A stretch of DNA of 64,000 bases from Hyphochytrium catenoides (taxonomy: Eukaryota > Protista > Hyphochytriomycota). Numbering within the stretch: position 1 is the first letter of the stretch; the number at the start of each line of letters is the position of its first letter. The translations under genes and the position numbers were made by a program. The stretch lies in contig FLMG01000460.1 in the NCBI GenBank assembly GCA_900088475.1, forward strand, positions 1-64,000, written 5' to 3'. The notes below the pieces were generated by a model that did no database searches, was not told where the DNA came from, and saw only the letters and a program-made list of their open reading frames with translations. Below are positions 51,908 through 64,000 of the stretch, piece by piece.

Positions 51908-53389
51908 ATGCAGACCACCTTCCAGCAAGTGCAGCAGCGTGTGAGCAAGCTGTGCAGGCTCCTAGGGACAGATGTACCTCTACAGGCGCCAATGCTGGGC
52001 TGCTCCACTGCTGAAATGGCGGCTAGGACTTCTCTCGCAGGTGGCCTGGGTTCCATGAACTACTCTTTTCTTCAACCAGAGGCCATGAGGGAGGCCTCCC
52101 GAGAGTTAAGTGCGGCAGTAGATCGGCTATCAGTCAGGGCACGAAGCCAGGAGGCACGGACACCATTCAACTTCAACTTCTTTGCTCATCCCAGGCCTGT
52201 AGAAGATCCGGGAAGAAGAGAGCGCATACAAGCCACTCTCTCCCGTTACTACCAGGAGATGAACATTGATCCCTCCTCCATCTCACTGGATATGCAAAAC
52301 CGTACTTTTGGCCCGGATATTCTGAAGACTTTGCTTGATATCAAGCCTTCCGTGGTCAGCTTCCACTTCGGACTTCCCTCTGAAGTGGATAACGTTGTTC
52401 ATCTCCTTCAAGAGGAAGGAGTGAAAGTATTGTGCACTGCCACAACCGTGGATGAAGCGCAGTGGCTGGAGAAGAAGGGTGTTGATGTCATCATTGCCCA
52501 GGGCTATGAGGCAGGCGGCCACCGAGGCACCTTCCTGCCCAGTCAATACACCACCATGCCTGAGAGCAATATTGGCACAATGGCTCTAGTCTCACAGATT
52601 GTTGACGCTGTGAGTGTGCCTGTCATTGCCGCCGGAGGTATCGTGGATGGTCGAGGAATAGCAGCCGCCTTAATGCTGGGTGCTTCAGGTATTTCCCGTG
52701 CATTCGATGTTATGCTTTGGCTTTAGTGCCGCCTTAGAAGCCGTTGCCTTTAGGGCTTGTTATCTCCACCACACTGCTCACCCCAGTCACCCGTCCTCCT
52801 GTGCTATACATCCGCTCAGCCTCTAAGTGTATATCACATATTGTGTTTCATCAAGAAGACGTGCTCATCTTATCAAGAAGTTCACATCCTAAATATGGTT
52901 GTCTCTCTCCCTTCTCCTCTGCTGGAGGCGCTCACACTAACTCCATACAACGTGCGACTGTGTCCTATAGGTGTACAGCTAGGCACCGCTTTTATGACGT
53001 GCAAGGAAGCACTCACCAATCCCGTCCATCGTAAAGCCTTAAAAGAAGCTCAGCACCGCTATCGACCGACAGCACTTAGCCAAGCTTTCTCCGGTAGGCC
53101 AGCGCGTGGGATAGTCAACCGGTACATGGAAGAGACTCAAGACATGAAGATCCCGTACACAGATTTCCCCCTCTGGAATGCCTTTACTAATCCACTTAGA
53201 TCTCGAAGCGCGAAAAACGGGTCAGAAGATTTTCTCTCCATGTGGTGCGGGCAGAGCCCTCCTCCTCTCAGTTATTCGGAAAAGGGTGCAGATGAGGTAC
53301 TCCAGCAGCTCCTGGCGGGGTTTGAGGAGATAATACCTAGGAACCTCGTAGACCTCAGGCTTAGTAGACAGGAGTCTGATTCGCTTTAG
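51908..53389 (+). CDS. Nitronate monooxygenase (2-nitropropane dioxygenase family, FMN), 2 exons
   Basis: PLQAPM, GGLGS, FNFNFF, VSFHFGLP, AQGYEAGGHRGTF, PVIAAGGIVDGRG, GVQLGTAF, FSGRPARG, MWCGQ. Phase-1 GT-AG intron at 52689-52970. Confidence 0.93.
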
Positions 53390-53789
53390 GGGAGTGAGTT
53401 TTCATTATGACCCCACCATACACGAGACTTTGTCACGAACAGGTCAACGGAGAGCCAGGAGGTCTCACAGCGAAGCGAGTTAAGCACGCCGGATGAGCGC
53501 TGTGATACATTTGTCTGATAGTGCGACCCTTCTGGAAGTTCCTTACATCCATGTTCTCCTAATGCTCCCAGAGAGAGAGATGTTAGTTATGCTAAAGCAT
53601 CTCCTTCTCTTCTTTATCAATCCAGTCCCTGTCCTAATAAACTATGATGGTTGGTTCCAGGTAGCTTAGCACCGCCTCGATTGGACCGCGTATTATTGCA
53701 ACTTGATTATAGTTGGGATAGCGAGCGAGCTTGTTGAGGAGTAGGGTTGCTGGCACTTATGGCCTCTCTCGGGCCCTAAGCGCCATAGC

Positions 53790-56700
53790 TTAAAGAGACT
53801 CCATGGCGGTAAGAGCCACTTGCTCTTCCGATGTTGCGGTCTCTCTTTCCTCTCTCCTTGCTTCTGAGCGCCTTGCCTTTATTCTTTGAGCTTGAAACTT
53901 AGTCAGCCAATAGGCGCTGGTGATGCCAAATATAAAGAGAATCTGTCCTGCGAACAAGAAGAAGCTCCCTATGAGAGTGACTTGACCAGGCATGTTGGCC
54001 CATTCGTTGCAAAACGTGCTGAACTCGGCTCCACATCTGATGATCTTCTCTCCCAAAAGAGAGAAGTCGACACACATCCCATCAAACTTCTGCGCCATCT
54101 CCGAACACCCAGCGACAAATGCAAAATGCATTCCTGCAATGGGAGGCGGGGAGCGGAGTCACCAGACAAGAACAGGAATAAAAGGACGATAGCACATGAG
54201 CCAGAACCGAACGCTAACAACCTTAGAGCCTACATCCTTGGAAAGCAATATAACAGAGAGGTGGATAGTTGCTCTAGGCCGAAACGCAAAACATGATAGA
54301 GAGAGAGGAACTTCAAAATTGAAAGTAATCCCTTAAGCACCTCGCAAAGTAAATACCGCCGCGCAATAGAGCATGATAATGTTGACATTGAAGATTAATG
54401 CTCCGAGAACCTGGCAGCAAGAATGCAGTTAGTATGAATCCTGAACCCGCCCGCTCCGAGTGCAAACGGTGCCTGATTGACTCATCGCTAACATGTTCCC
54501 GATCGATTATGACGTCTTACCACTGCGAGGACTGGAGTTCCCCAGTGGACTAAGAATTTCGAGTACCCCTTCGTCTCGTGTCTTATTAGTGCTCTATGGG
54601 CCAAAAACCTGATCCTAAAAGCAGCTACGAGTGCGACTCCGTTGATAATCAGGGCAGTCCATCCCACACACGAAACGATGGTCTTGGTGGTGGACCAGTC
54701 AATGATGGTTAAATACTTCTCCAGAAGTGGAAAAAGGCGTCCGGCACCGTGACGCAAGGACAGAACTCCTGAAATAGGCAAGTGACTTAGACTGGAGCAA
54801 CGACGTAGGGCCAAGATATATCAAGGGCCATTGGACAACAGTAACAAGCAAAGCTTAGTGCTTGCAGAATAGAGACCTCAAAATGATGCGCTCCAGTAAC
54901 CAGAAGCGCAAGGAAAGCCAATTTGTAGGGTTGAGGAATTACATCGCTGGAGACAAAACAAGAACTGGGAAACAACTAGATTGACGGACCTCCAACCGTG
55001 CAGGCGAAAGCCAGCAGAGACCAATATGGTAAAACAGCCACAAGACGTAGGAAGCGGCTGGATGGCTGGTCAACATAGCTACAGATGGTGGTAAGCAAAA
55101 TCCTAGCCATCCGCTACCAGTGATACTGACCGGGAGGCCTGACAACTCCAGAACAAAGGAAGCGAGGGAGGACTACACAGAGCATCGACACTACCTTTGG
55201 TACATCTGCCTTGACCAGGAATACTTGCAGGGATTAGCGGCATAGTTCATCACCAGCAAGGACGAGACCACAGATATCCCAATAAACACACCGAAAGTGA
55301 CAAGCATATTGCCCGCGTGATGCTTCACGGACACCTAGCCAATTGTCAGGGATGCAGTCAGGTTAGAGCAAGTATGAGAACTGTCTCGAGATTTCATGTG
55401 GCTAGACAGCAACGAGCAGGTTAAGACGGATTAAGATCAAGAAACTGGGAAATGCTTAAAGACCAGGAGCCATGATGGCAGGGGACTGAAAATAAAGGTG
55501 AGCTTTCTACCGGAGTTCTTCTCGTCAAGTCTATTTGAGACAAGGAAGGGCAAGCTATATCCCCAGGGATAAATAGACTGCCGGTTCCCGCCAATTTGTG
55601 CACCGGAGCATCTATTGGCCGTACCCATTGGCGGAACGTCTCCTTCGTCATAGGCCCTAGAGAACATAAGAAACACCACATGTACAGTTAAACGGAAGGG
55701 TGTTGGAAAGTAGGAAAAAGGGAAGAAGACGCTACCTTCAGGACCAATGGGTTTGTGAAGCGTGGTAGCGATGTGTCCCCGCCCAAACCATGGCCTCGCG
55801 ATGTCACCCTCTACTCCTAATAACTCCTTAAGACGAAGAAAATATGTATTTCCCGTCTTGCATGTGCCAAGAGATGTTTCTACGAGACACGGGAACTGTT
55901 GGTAGCTCTAACTCAAGCTTGTCCCAATACCCATGATGTCATGTCCCTATCAAGTTTGAACAGTGATGCCTTCTCTGAACCCATTCTGCTATGTCGCGGA
56001 TCTCGCGTTCAAGCATCCTGATAAGGTGCCCCCTATCTGCTCCATCCATAAATCTCCCTCTCCACCTTCACTAGAGCATCGCAATCCCTTGCTAACGGAC
56101 TTACGGCGGTTCCTGAAGCAAGATGGTGACATCACGCTATTGGAAACTTCGGACGAGTTGCCCCAGCGACCAGGAAATATCGCCCAGAGGTCTTCGGAGT
56201 CCTTTGTTATCTGTTCTGGCTCTGGAATGAGCCTGAGGTTCGATCCTGTATACCGCCAGACCTTAAATAAAAAGACACCGTTGTTAATATACAAACCCGT
56301 GCGCGAGCAGCTAATGGCGTAAAAGTTCGAACAAAGCTCGATGGCTTCACCTTGCTAGGGTGGGGTATAGTCCGGTCCACCAAGTATAGGCCCAAGACAT
56401 CGGCCACCAAAGGAACTCGCAGCGCAGTAAAGACCATATTCTCTAGGCAATGGTATGGAATTTTAGATTGTTCTGTTCTGACGGCAACTTTGGTACTGGC
56501 ATTCCAGAATCTCTGACCACCACTCGCTCCATCGGTCGGTTGCAAAACCTGCTACTTTGCTTGATATAGCTCTCTCCTATTTACTCGAATCCTACCTGCC
56601 GGTTGAAAGTATGTAGCGTGCGAGAAGAGGCCGACAAAGCCCTCAGGATGAGTGCCATTGACTAAGCTGCAGAGCCCTCTTGTGCAGTCTCTCACTTCGC

Positions 56701-58183
56701 TCCAATCGTGCTGAAAGAACTGCAATGCTAGTACCTCTCTGGACCTGGGGCATACCTAAAAGAGAGGCGATTTAGACTATAGAAAGGACTTTGCGACAAC
56801 AACTCTTTTTCTTGCTATCTTTGTTGCTTTATCGCTCCCAACCAGATTTCAGTATAGATGTTCTCTCTGATATGACGAAGTCGTCCATCAACAAGGTTCA
56901 CATCATTGAATCTTAATGTGCGGCAGTGTCAATAACATAACCGGGAGCCTCTCAATCTGCATTTCTTTCGTCCCTCGGGTTTGAGCTTGTCCCCATCCGT
57001 GTTCCGGACTCACCTTCATTCCCTCTTACCTTGACAGAAATTCTTTCCCAGTCGCCCTCATGGACTCCCATGTCGCACAAGACATATTCTACCGACTCCA
57101 TAGTCCCATTCTTCCGCGTAACGAGCCATTGGTTGGAACAGCCATTGTAAGCGTAGAAGAGGTAGAAGTTATAGACCCAACTCCCGTCTGTTCCATCGCT
57201 AAAGACATTGTAATAAATAGGTGCAAGGGAGACGTTGTTCTTGTCGAAGCCTCTTCCCCGTCGCAGGCTGAAGAAAAGAAAGTGAACACGAGCTCTCATT
57301 CACGTCAAATGCAAAGACTCTGAAAAGCACCAGGCATAGCGATGGTACTTTGAAGAAGTGGTGGAGAGTACAAGTGAATGAAAGAGCCAGACAAGCTCTT
57401 ACCGCTCGTCAGTCTTGGGGAATGACAGATAGTACTTGTGCGCTTGAGGGATATTCTTTGGATCACGAGAGATTCGCCTGGCATAACCCATTCACAGAGG
57501 TAGAAAGAGAGAGACAGGTGACACAAGTGCAAAACATGCAGGGCATAAAGAGCTGCAGAATCACATAAGAGCGAGAGATCGAAAAGCTTAGAGGAAGAAA
57601 GAACGAGACTCAAACAGCGCTTTACGAAGAGACAGGGAGAGGAAAAGATATTGGAAGATAGGAGCTAGGAGAGGGAGACGGAGACGGAACGAGGGCGACA
57701 AGGCGAAAAGAGGCTGGATGATCCTAGGTGTAAGGCCGCCGCATACCAGAGGTTCTCAGCATTTGCAGGCCCGAACCGTTCTCCAGGTAGTCCCGGAAAG
57801 GTCTTGACAAAAGGTCAGTCCAAGTCGCTTTGAAGGACACCGTGATCGCCTACACTTACCCTAAAGTATAAATCTGCTTTCTTAGCATAGCTCCTCGGGT
57901 CTGCCAGATAGTAGCGCTCCAAGGAATGGAAATGTAAGACCGGAGTGTACTTAGGTGCCAACCGATGTGCCACTTCCAAGCTCTCCTCTGTACGACAATG
58001 TGGTGCTTCACTCCTATCTGCTAAAGCTTCATACTTTAGAGGAACAGCGCATTTGGCACCAGAGGTGGAAGAGCCACGGCGCTGCGGTGCGGCGGTTGCT
58101 GTACAAGCAAGGACTACTAACAGATACAGACTAACTAGGGTCCGCCAACCAGATATCAGCCTCAATGGGTAAGAGCAGCGCAT
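53790..58183 (-). CDS. Vps62-related protein with a signal peptide and C-terminal transmembrane helices, multi-exon
   Basis: Signal peptide; APKYTPVLHFHSLERYY; FYLFYAYNG...GVHEGDWERISV; QHDW; HPEGFVGLFSHATY; FPGRWG; several hydrophobic helices in the 3' exons. Exon structure only partly resolved. Confidence 0.7.
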
Positions 58184-61100
58184 GCCGTCGCGCTTGGTAG
58201 CAAGATCCTTGCTGCGCAATGCACGTCCGCCTCCTTCTGGTCCCCTGGTCCTCTGCAGTTAGGAATCTACCCGTGAAGTCTCATTTCTTAGCTTCTCTTC
58301 TTTCTCTAGCCGCCTTAGAGATCCAGCTTACAGAATCAGCAGGTAAATGCTTATCTTGTCCTGCACTGATCAGCAGCATCGTACCGTCTCTGCCAGTTAT
58401 GAGTTAAATTAAGCTGGACTGCTACTCCTGGGTCCACCCAGCAGTAGGCCGCGCTTCCCCTAATGCTGCCGGGCAGAAAGCTGCGGGCAGAACGCTACGA
58501 AAGCTGTGATGCAGCGAAAGGACAATAATAAAATGCAACCAAACCTTAGCTTGCTTCTTTGCTACTGGGGGAGAGCTGCAGCAGTATTACTGTGGAACTG
58601 TGCCCTGAAGCACATTGAGCTCTGTACGACTATAATCTCTTCTTACCTTGTTGCTGTTGAAGTCATCGGGTGTCCGGCTAATTCTTCCAGTCAGTTCAGC
58701 GGGCTAACAAGAGGCGGCGACCTGGATTGACCCTGACTTTCCTGGCATCTCGACAATGCCGCCAAGGAAAGAGCGGGCTTTTTCCTGCTTAAACACAGAA
58801 GACAGCCTGCAGTTGAACGTATCAAGGAAATATAGGAAGTCTGTGTAAGACAAGTGCAAAGGCGAAGGTATTGGGAGGTCAAATTTCTGAACTGGATGCT
58901 TCCAGGACAGGTCTTAGATTATGTTGGAGGTTGATGTGTATAGGAGCGGGCAATGCTTTTTCAGTCATCTGCCTTGACCACATCTAGTTTGCACGCCACC
59001 ATCTAATGAGCCTAAATGTAGAAGGATCAAGCAAAGAGAGAGACCAAGAAATCCACCTCACGGCTACGCTAGCCCTGTTCTGCTGCTGTGTGTTCTATCC
59101 GAGCTCTGTCTTACCGGTGTCTCCTGGCTGTGCTTTCATTGTCATGCGGAAGGCAGACAGACGCTTCTTCCAGGGCAACAGTCCATGACGCAAGTTTCGT
59201 GCTGCTGCGCACCTTGACAGGTCTCTGTCCGCCATTGTGCAACTACTACTTCTTGCTCCTCTCTCTGCTGCGGTTTGGGGGTCTGTCTCTTTCTCACCTT
59301 TCTTGTTCATTTGGTACCTGGTCATCTCCTTCGCAGCTATAGGGTTTCTAGCGCCTTCGTCCTGCATTGGGGTTGTTATTATCTTTCAGGCGCTCTCTGT
59401 GCAGTCTCATAGAAACGCAAGATGGAAGCTGATCACGCCTCCCCGCCATTCAAGTAGCTAGTCGCCGCGGTATCTCCCCCACCCCACCTGTACAGAACTC
59501 GCATGATGCTTCATCCGTAAGCACTACCATGGCCCTACGCCTGTCGCTCCGATGTCGCTGATCCATCGAAGAGAACAGCAACGAAAGCTGCCTCATCCTG
59601 TTGCATAAACCCGCATTCATTCACCATTCATCACGCAGCCAGCACTTGTTCCGGCTTCGGCGATAATAATCTTCAAAAATCTGTTAAAGGGTAAATGAAA
59701 AGAAGCTTGAAAAGCAAGAGTTGGAGACTACTAAGTTCCCTCCGCCTGGATGATTCTCATTTCCAATTCCGCCACGCTTCGTGAGCATTCTTCCCCGGAA
59801 TTCTTGAAAAGGAAGACCACTAAGAGCGGCGCAATCAGAAACGGAAAAGCGGGGAAGAACGAAGTAACTATTAGCCATCTTGGCCATCATATCACAAATC
59901 TCATTGATAATTAAGAGGAGGAACGCAGGACAAAGATTATCTCAGAGTGTGTCAAAGGCAATCCTCGGGCAGATTGAGGAGACGCCGACTATGGCGACGG
60001 CTAGTAATGGTAGTGAACATAAAAAAATGATTCCTTTTCTTCTCTTCTGAAGTGAACGGGACGAGCTAAGGATACAAACAGCTGGATTACTAGGAAGAGA
60101 GGAGACGGTGCCCCACGCAGCTGTCTTGCTGCCGAGCCCATTCTCGCATTCTAAGTGAAAGCTTCGCGGATTGAGATCCCTCATACATTTTGATGGTAAA
60201 GCAAGCCCAGCTCGCCTCCTACAGGCATTAGGAGTACACACGGGATCCGTCAGCAGTCCAGGAGATCCCTCAGACTCTTTCTTGAGTTCATTGGTAATCC
60301 TGTATGCGCTCGCACATCACTTATCTGCCTCTAAGCGGTTGTGGCCGTTGCACCTTAGCACAACTGCACTCGAGGTCAGCTATTTCGTGGGTGCTTAACA
60401 CTCGGGGACTGAAGTGTGATCTACGGCTGTTGGAACAACCTTGAGCCTGCGGATAGGCCCTTCAGATAGGGTCTGTTGGTGAATGCAATAAGGTGATTAG
60501 GTGCGTGCTTGTTCTTCATCCACAACCCATTGTCTCGCGCGTCAAGATAAGGAGACCTCCTAGATACGCGCGCTGAACCTACAGATCTGCAGAGGAGAGT
60601 GGACTTCGACATCTACATCTGACGTAGGCGTTCCATAATAACGATCAGATCAACGGCATCTTCACCCACTGGTGGTCTGTACGGCAGCACATAGAATGTA
60701 CGTTTCTCGTGTGCTTCATGGCACATACATGAGCAGCACCAGATGTCTGACTCGGCCTTTTGATCATCATCATTTCGTCAACGGAGCGGACAGCCAGCAA
60801 CTCCTCATGGATGTGCTACTAATTGCCCCAGAAACATATCGCCATACGACCGCGGAGCATGGAGTGATGATAAGAGAAGATAATAAGGCATCTAGGAACT
60901 CACAGACTAGCAACATATGTTTCTAAAGGTAGGCAAGGTGAGCTCCTCTGTCGATGTAGCTGGTGGTAGATACACACGTCGCCCCCACAATATGCACCTT
61001 TCTCATTTGAAATGTCCTTAAATAGCGCTTGCTCCACCTCGCTTCTTGCAAAGTCGCCGTCATCATGCGGGTACTGGTGATATTGCCCTGAGGTCAGATC

Positions 61101-61881
61101 TTTCACCAGTTAGTGGTGGATAGGTAGTAGGTAACAAGAGAGTGGTGGGTGGTGCTTACCAGCTCTGCAATTGGTTGTTGCGAAGCCTACGCTGGACTTT
61201 AAGGTTGACGGCACTTTAGTCAGGTAGAAATGCCCTTGAAATGGTAGTTCTTTCTGTCACTAGCTTTCTGGTAAGGGAGGATCCAATAGCCATATAAAGA
61301 TTGTACATCTAAGGCTTGCCATGGGCACCGGCTGAGCCAAATTTTCCAAGGTTACGGAAAGACACCCCGCTAAACGAGGATACCACACCTGCCTAGTTGA
61401 GCGAGAAAGCCGGTGGACGTGATACAGGATGACAGTGCCAATTGGAAACTTCTCCTATCTCTGCTTGTCACAACCGGGTCACCGTACAATGATTTAGGGC
61501 CAAGAAAGGAAAAACAAGATAAAGAAAAGGATAGAGAAAAGCGAGAAAAGAGCTGGAAAATGGAGAAGTATTGACAGACACTAGACACGTTCGGCAGCCA
61601 TATACGGCAAGAGGTTAGTCATGTGCGTGGTGAAGCAGTTGGTAGGCAGGATATAACAAGAACTCGATATCTATAAAGAAAATGCGCAAGCTGGGTCCTC
61701 CGGTCATCTGCTACCACGCTGTCTAAAGGAGCATTCTTGATCTCTCGGACTAGGGCTTTGGACTACCCTTCCCTTACCAACTGGAACAAATCGCGGCCTG
61801 TGCCAGCTGAAGCTAACGAAAGACTCTCGAAGAGGTTGACAGGCAACGCGAACAAGCTGACGACAGCGGAACTAGTTGGCC

Positions 61882-61929
61882 TCTGCGAGTACAAGGTGTC
61901 CGGAGTCTGCGAGTACAAGGTGTCCAGAG
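61882..61929 (+). repeat. 24-bp tandem duplication
   Basis: TCTGCGAGTACAAGGTGTCC(G/A)GAG, two copies. Confidence 0.95.
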
Positions 61930-62306
61930 TCAAGGGAAAGAAAGAAAAGAGAGCGGCACCCAATTAATGGCTAGGCTCACTGCGGAAGTCCCCAAATTTT
62001 GGGAAGAAAGAGGGGGAGAAAAAGAAGAAGAGTGCAACACAGTCATTTATACAGCAACTGACATGCTTTGCTCTGCCCGCCTCAAGACAGAGGTTTTGGT
62101 GTGGTGCGCACAAAGCAGATGGGTCAACCTCTTATTCGTATGACCCCTAAATTATGAAGCAAAATTTAGGGTCCTCTTAGCCATTGTTTCAATACTGACC
62201 AACTCATCCTATCTTCTTTTGCCACACCTTTTGTGAGACGACACTAGTCACCCTTGAGAACACCCTTTCCAGCGGACCCAAGCGTGAAGTGGATGATGGG
62301 AGCCAT

Positions 62307-62524
62307 TTTCAGCGGCTTTTCAGGGGAACAGCGTGCAGACTCATCTCAGCCCTGCTGACCAATCAGAGGCGTCAAACAACTTTGATTGACGTTAGCTCCT
62401 GCAAAATGACAACTTTGAATGCCGTTAGCACCTATCAGAGGACCTACCTATCCGCTGATTGGCTGAAGTCCCTGCAGATGGGTTCCTCTAGAAGGCGGCC
62501 GCTTCTAAGAGCTGGCCGCTGAAA
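62307..62524. repeat. Nested inverted-repeat element (MITE-like)
   Basis: TTTCAGCGGC...GCCGCTGAAA ends, an inner CCAATCAG/CTGATTGG pair and a central direct repeat ACAACTTTGA.TG.CGTTAGC.CCT. Confidence 0.5.
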
Positions 62525-63259
62525 CTTTGGGCAGGGGCTAGCTGAAGAGTGGCATTGGGTTGATGAGGCAGCAGGGGACATTTGAGGCGGGGCCCGTTAC
62601 TGTACCACTGAAGAGTTGTATGCACGAGCAGCATTGAAGTTCGGGAGGATACATCATACCCGGTCTCCCTCGTCCCTCTTTACCTTCCTGCCTTCTGGCC
62701 AGCTTCTACGGTGAGGGGATCGCAATTTATTATTGGCAGCAGGAAGGGAGGAAAGAAAATCATAGCTATAGAGGCTAATCGTGAAGCAGAAGAGCACGAG
62801 CACTACGCACACCGATTACGTTTTCAGGAGCGAAGAGCAAAGGGATGGATGCCATGAGTTGTGCTATACGGAATACACCCCACCGCTATTTCTCGGATAT
62901 AATAGCACTTCTTGTCAAACTATATCTAAGGAAGAAGACATCTTTCAAATAGCACGGGTGACCCAGAAGATGGTCTTCTTCTCATAGTCGGAGTGGTCGC
63001 TTCAGTCGCGAACACTCCAGCCAGCTTGAATACCTATCAAGGGCCCCTTCGATGAGTGAGATGCTCCCTCCATGATAGATAAAGCCATCATCAGGTTGCG
63101 GAATGCAGAACAATCTTCTCCTCTAAGGCGTTTGAGGAAGTCCTATCTTGGACAACAAGAATTGCGGTCAGGCACGACTACCTAGGAGGGCATGAAAGAG
63201 GTCATTTCTACCTCATAAACTTACCTGGGTCCGAGATGCAAAATAGCAGTAGAGGCATA

Positions 63260-63560
63260 TAAAGCCCCCCAATCCAACGAGTTGGCTGGGCGTGGGGCGC
63301 TTGGATCTGTCTGGCCCGAAAGCTTTCATTTTTCCATCAAACTCGTGCCATAATAGCCTCTTTCTTTAGGTACCGATACAGGTTGTTAACATACTCCTGT
63401 CCATTGCCATGAAGGGAGTCATGGTACTTGATCTCTTTCAGGTCAAAGTCCACAAGAGCAACTTTCCAGTGGTTCCTATTGACGTTATAGGAACAGACAA
63501 CTTGGACAAACTTAAGAGGTCACCTTGTGTCTTGGAAACTAGTTCCCCCACACTCTCGCG
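63260..63560 (-). pseudogene. Ulp1/SENP-like (peptidase C48) SUMO protease remnant
   Basis: GDLLSLSKLSVPI-(frameshift)-NVNRNHWKVALVDFDLKEIKYHDSLHGNGQEYVNNLYRYLKKE...stop...PRPANSLDWG. Catalytic His and Asp motifs are present; the Q-x-N-x-x-D-C-G Cys is replaced by Trp. Confidence 0.75.
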
Positions 63561-64000
63561 TAGCCCTTATATGATTTCTTGCAATCGCCCGCATCGATAG
63601 CGTTTACAACTGATGAAGAAAATGTCAAAAAGCCCATACACCTGACGCGGTCCATGGGGGTTGAAGCCTTCACTCCTAACGTTGTCAGCTTACTACAGCA
63701 CGGAGATGGAAGACACCGAAAGGGTAGACCTGCTGCCGGACATACTCAGGGACCCATACAAAAAGCTTCTTAAGGCATACGGAGCAACCTGCCATCATCG
63801 CCGGGCTCAGCAAGGTTTGCACGCGAGGTCTCACCCAATAGCTACTACCTTTATGCGGCCAGACTCCTTGTACTAGGACACTGTTCCGCTCTGGATCCTT
63901 AACAAGCCGAATAGATTCCTTGATGGTGTTCACGCCGTCCTGGAGCCAGATTTTCTGGAAGGATGGGATAGTTGCTTTCTCCTCGGCTCTGGGATCATCC

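Larger units (their letters stand above)
59680..64000 (-). mobile_element. Decayed DNA-transposon-like sequence (DUF6729 / Zisupton-like remnants); runs off the right edge
   Basis: No intact ORF. Frameshifted pieces KLFVWVPE...PCC...SEGFNPHGPRQVYGLFDIFFISCKRYRC..DCKKSY resemble the Cys-rich DUF6729 region and lie beside an Ulp1 fragment. Boundaries are approximate. Confidence 0.4.

Noticed and set aside
2338-58183. Possible stop-codon reassignment, since many ORFs end abruptly inside conserved domains
   Set aside because: In every case checked the stop lies in an intron with phase-compatible splice sites; the standard code suffices.
62145-62171. CCCTAAA/TTTAGGG telomere-type units
   Set aside because: Single units within a hairpin, not an array.
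63217-63240. AAACTTACCTGG, resembling a U1 snRNA 5' end
   Set aside because: No U1-70K loop, U1A loop or Sm site follows; more likely a minus-strand CAG|GTAAGT donor.

Overview
Gene-dense, intron-rich eukaryotic nuclear DNA using the standard code and mostly GT-AG introns. It is most likely a stramenopile of oomycete affinity (inference from the ubiquitin ENVKQKIQD variant with plain GG-M junctions and an oomycete-type Cys-rich secreted mucin). Manually spliced genes, left to right: polyubiquitin (runs off the left edge), Rough deal/KNTC1, a large protein joining an AGC-type pseudokinase to a tyrosine-kinase-signature domain, CacyBP/SIP, TMEM65, a PPR-like protein, a secreted repeat mucin, a P4-ATPase flippase whose C-tail continues in frame into a dysferlin (DysF) domain, an uncharacterised helical enzyme-like protein, RPN13 with an internal UIM, nitronate monooxygenase and a Vps62-like membrane protein. 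The right end holds decayed transposon-like sequence with an Ulp1 protease remnant. The most notable items are the flippase-DysF fusion, the JAK-like pseudokinase+kinase architecture and a ~410-nt intergenic foldback. All family calls come from motif recognition; no searches were run.
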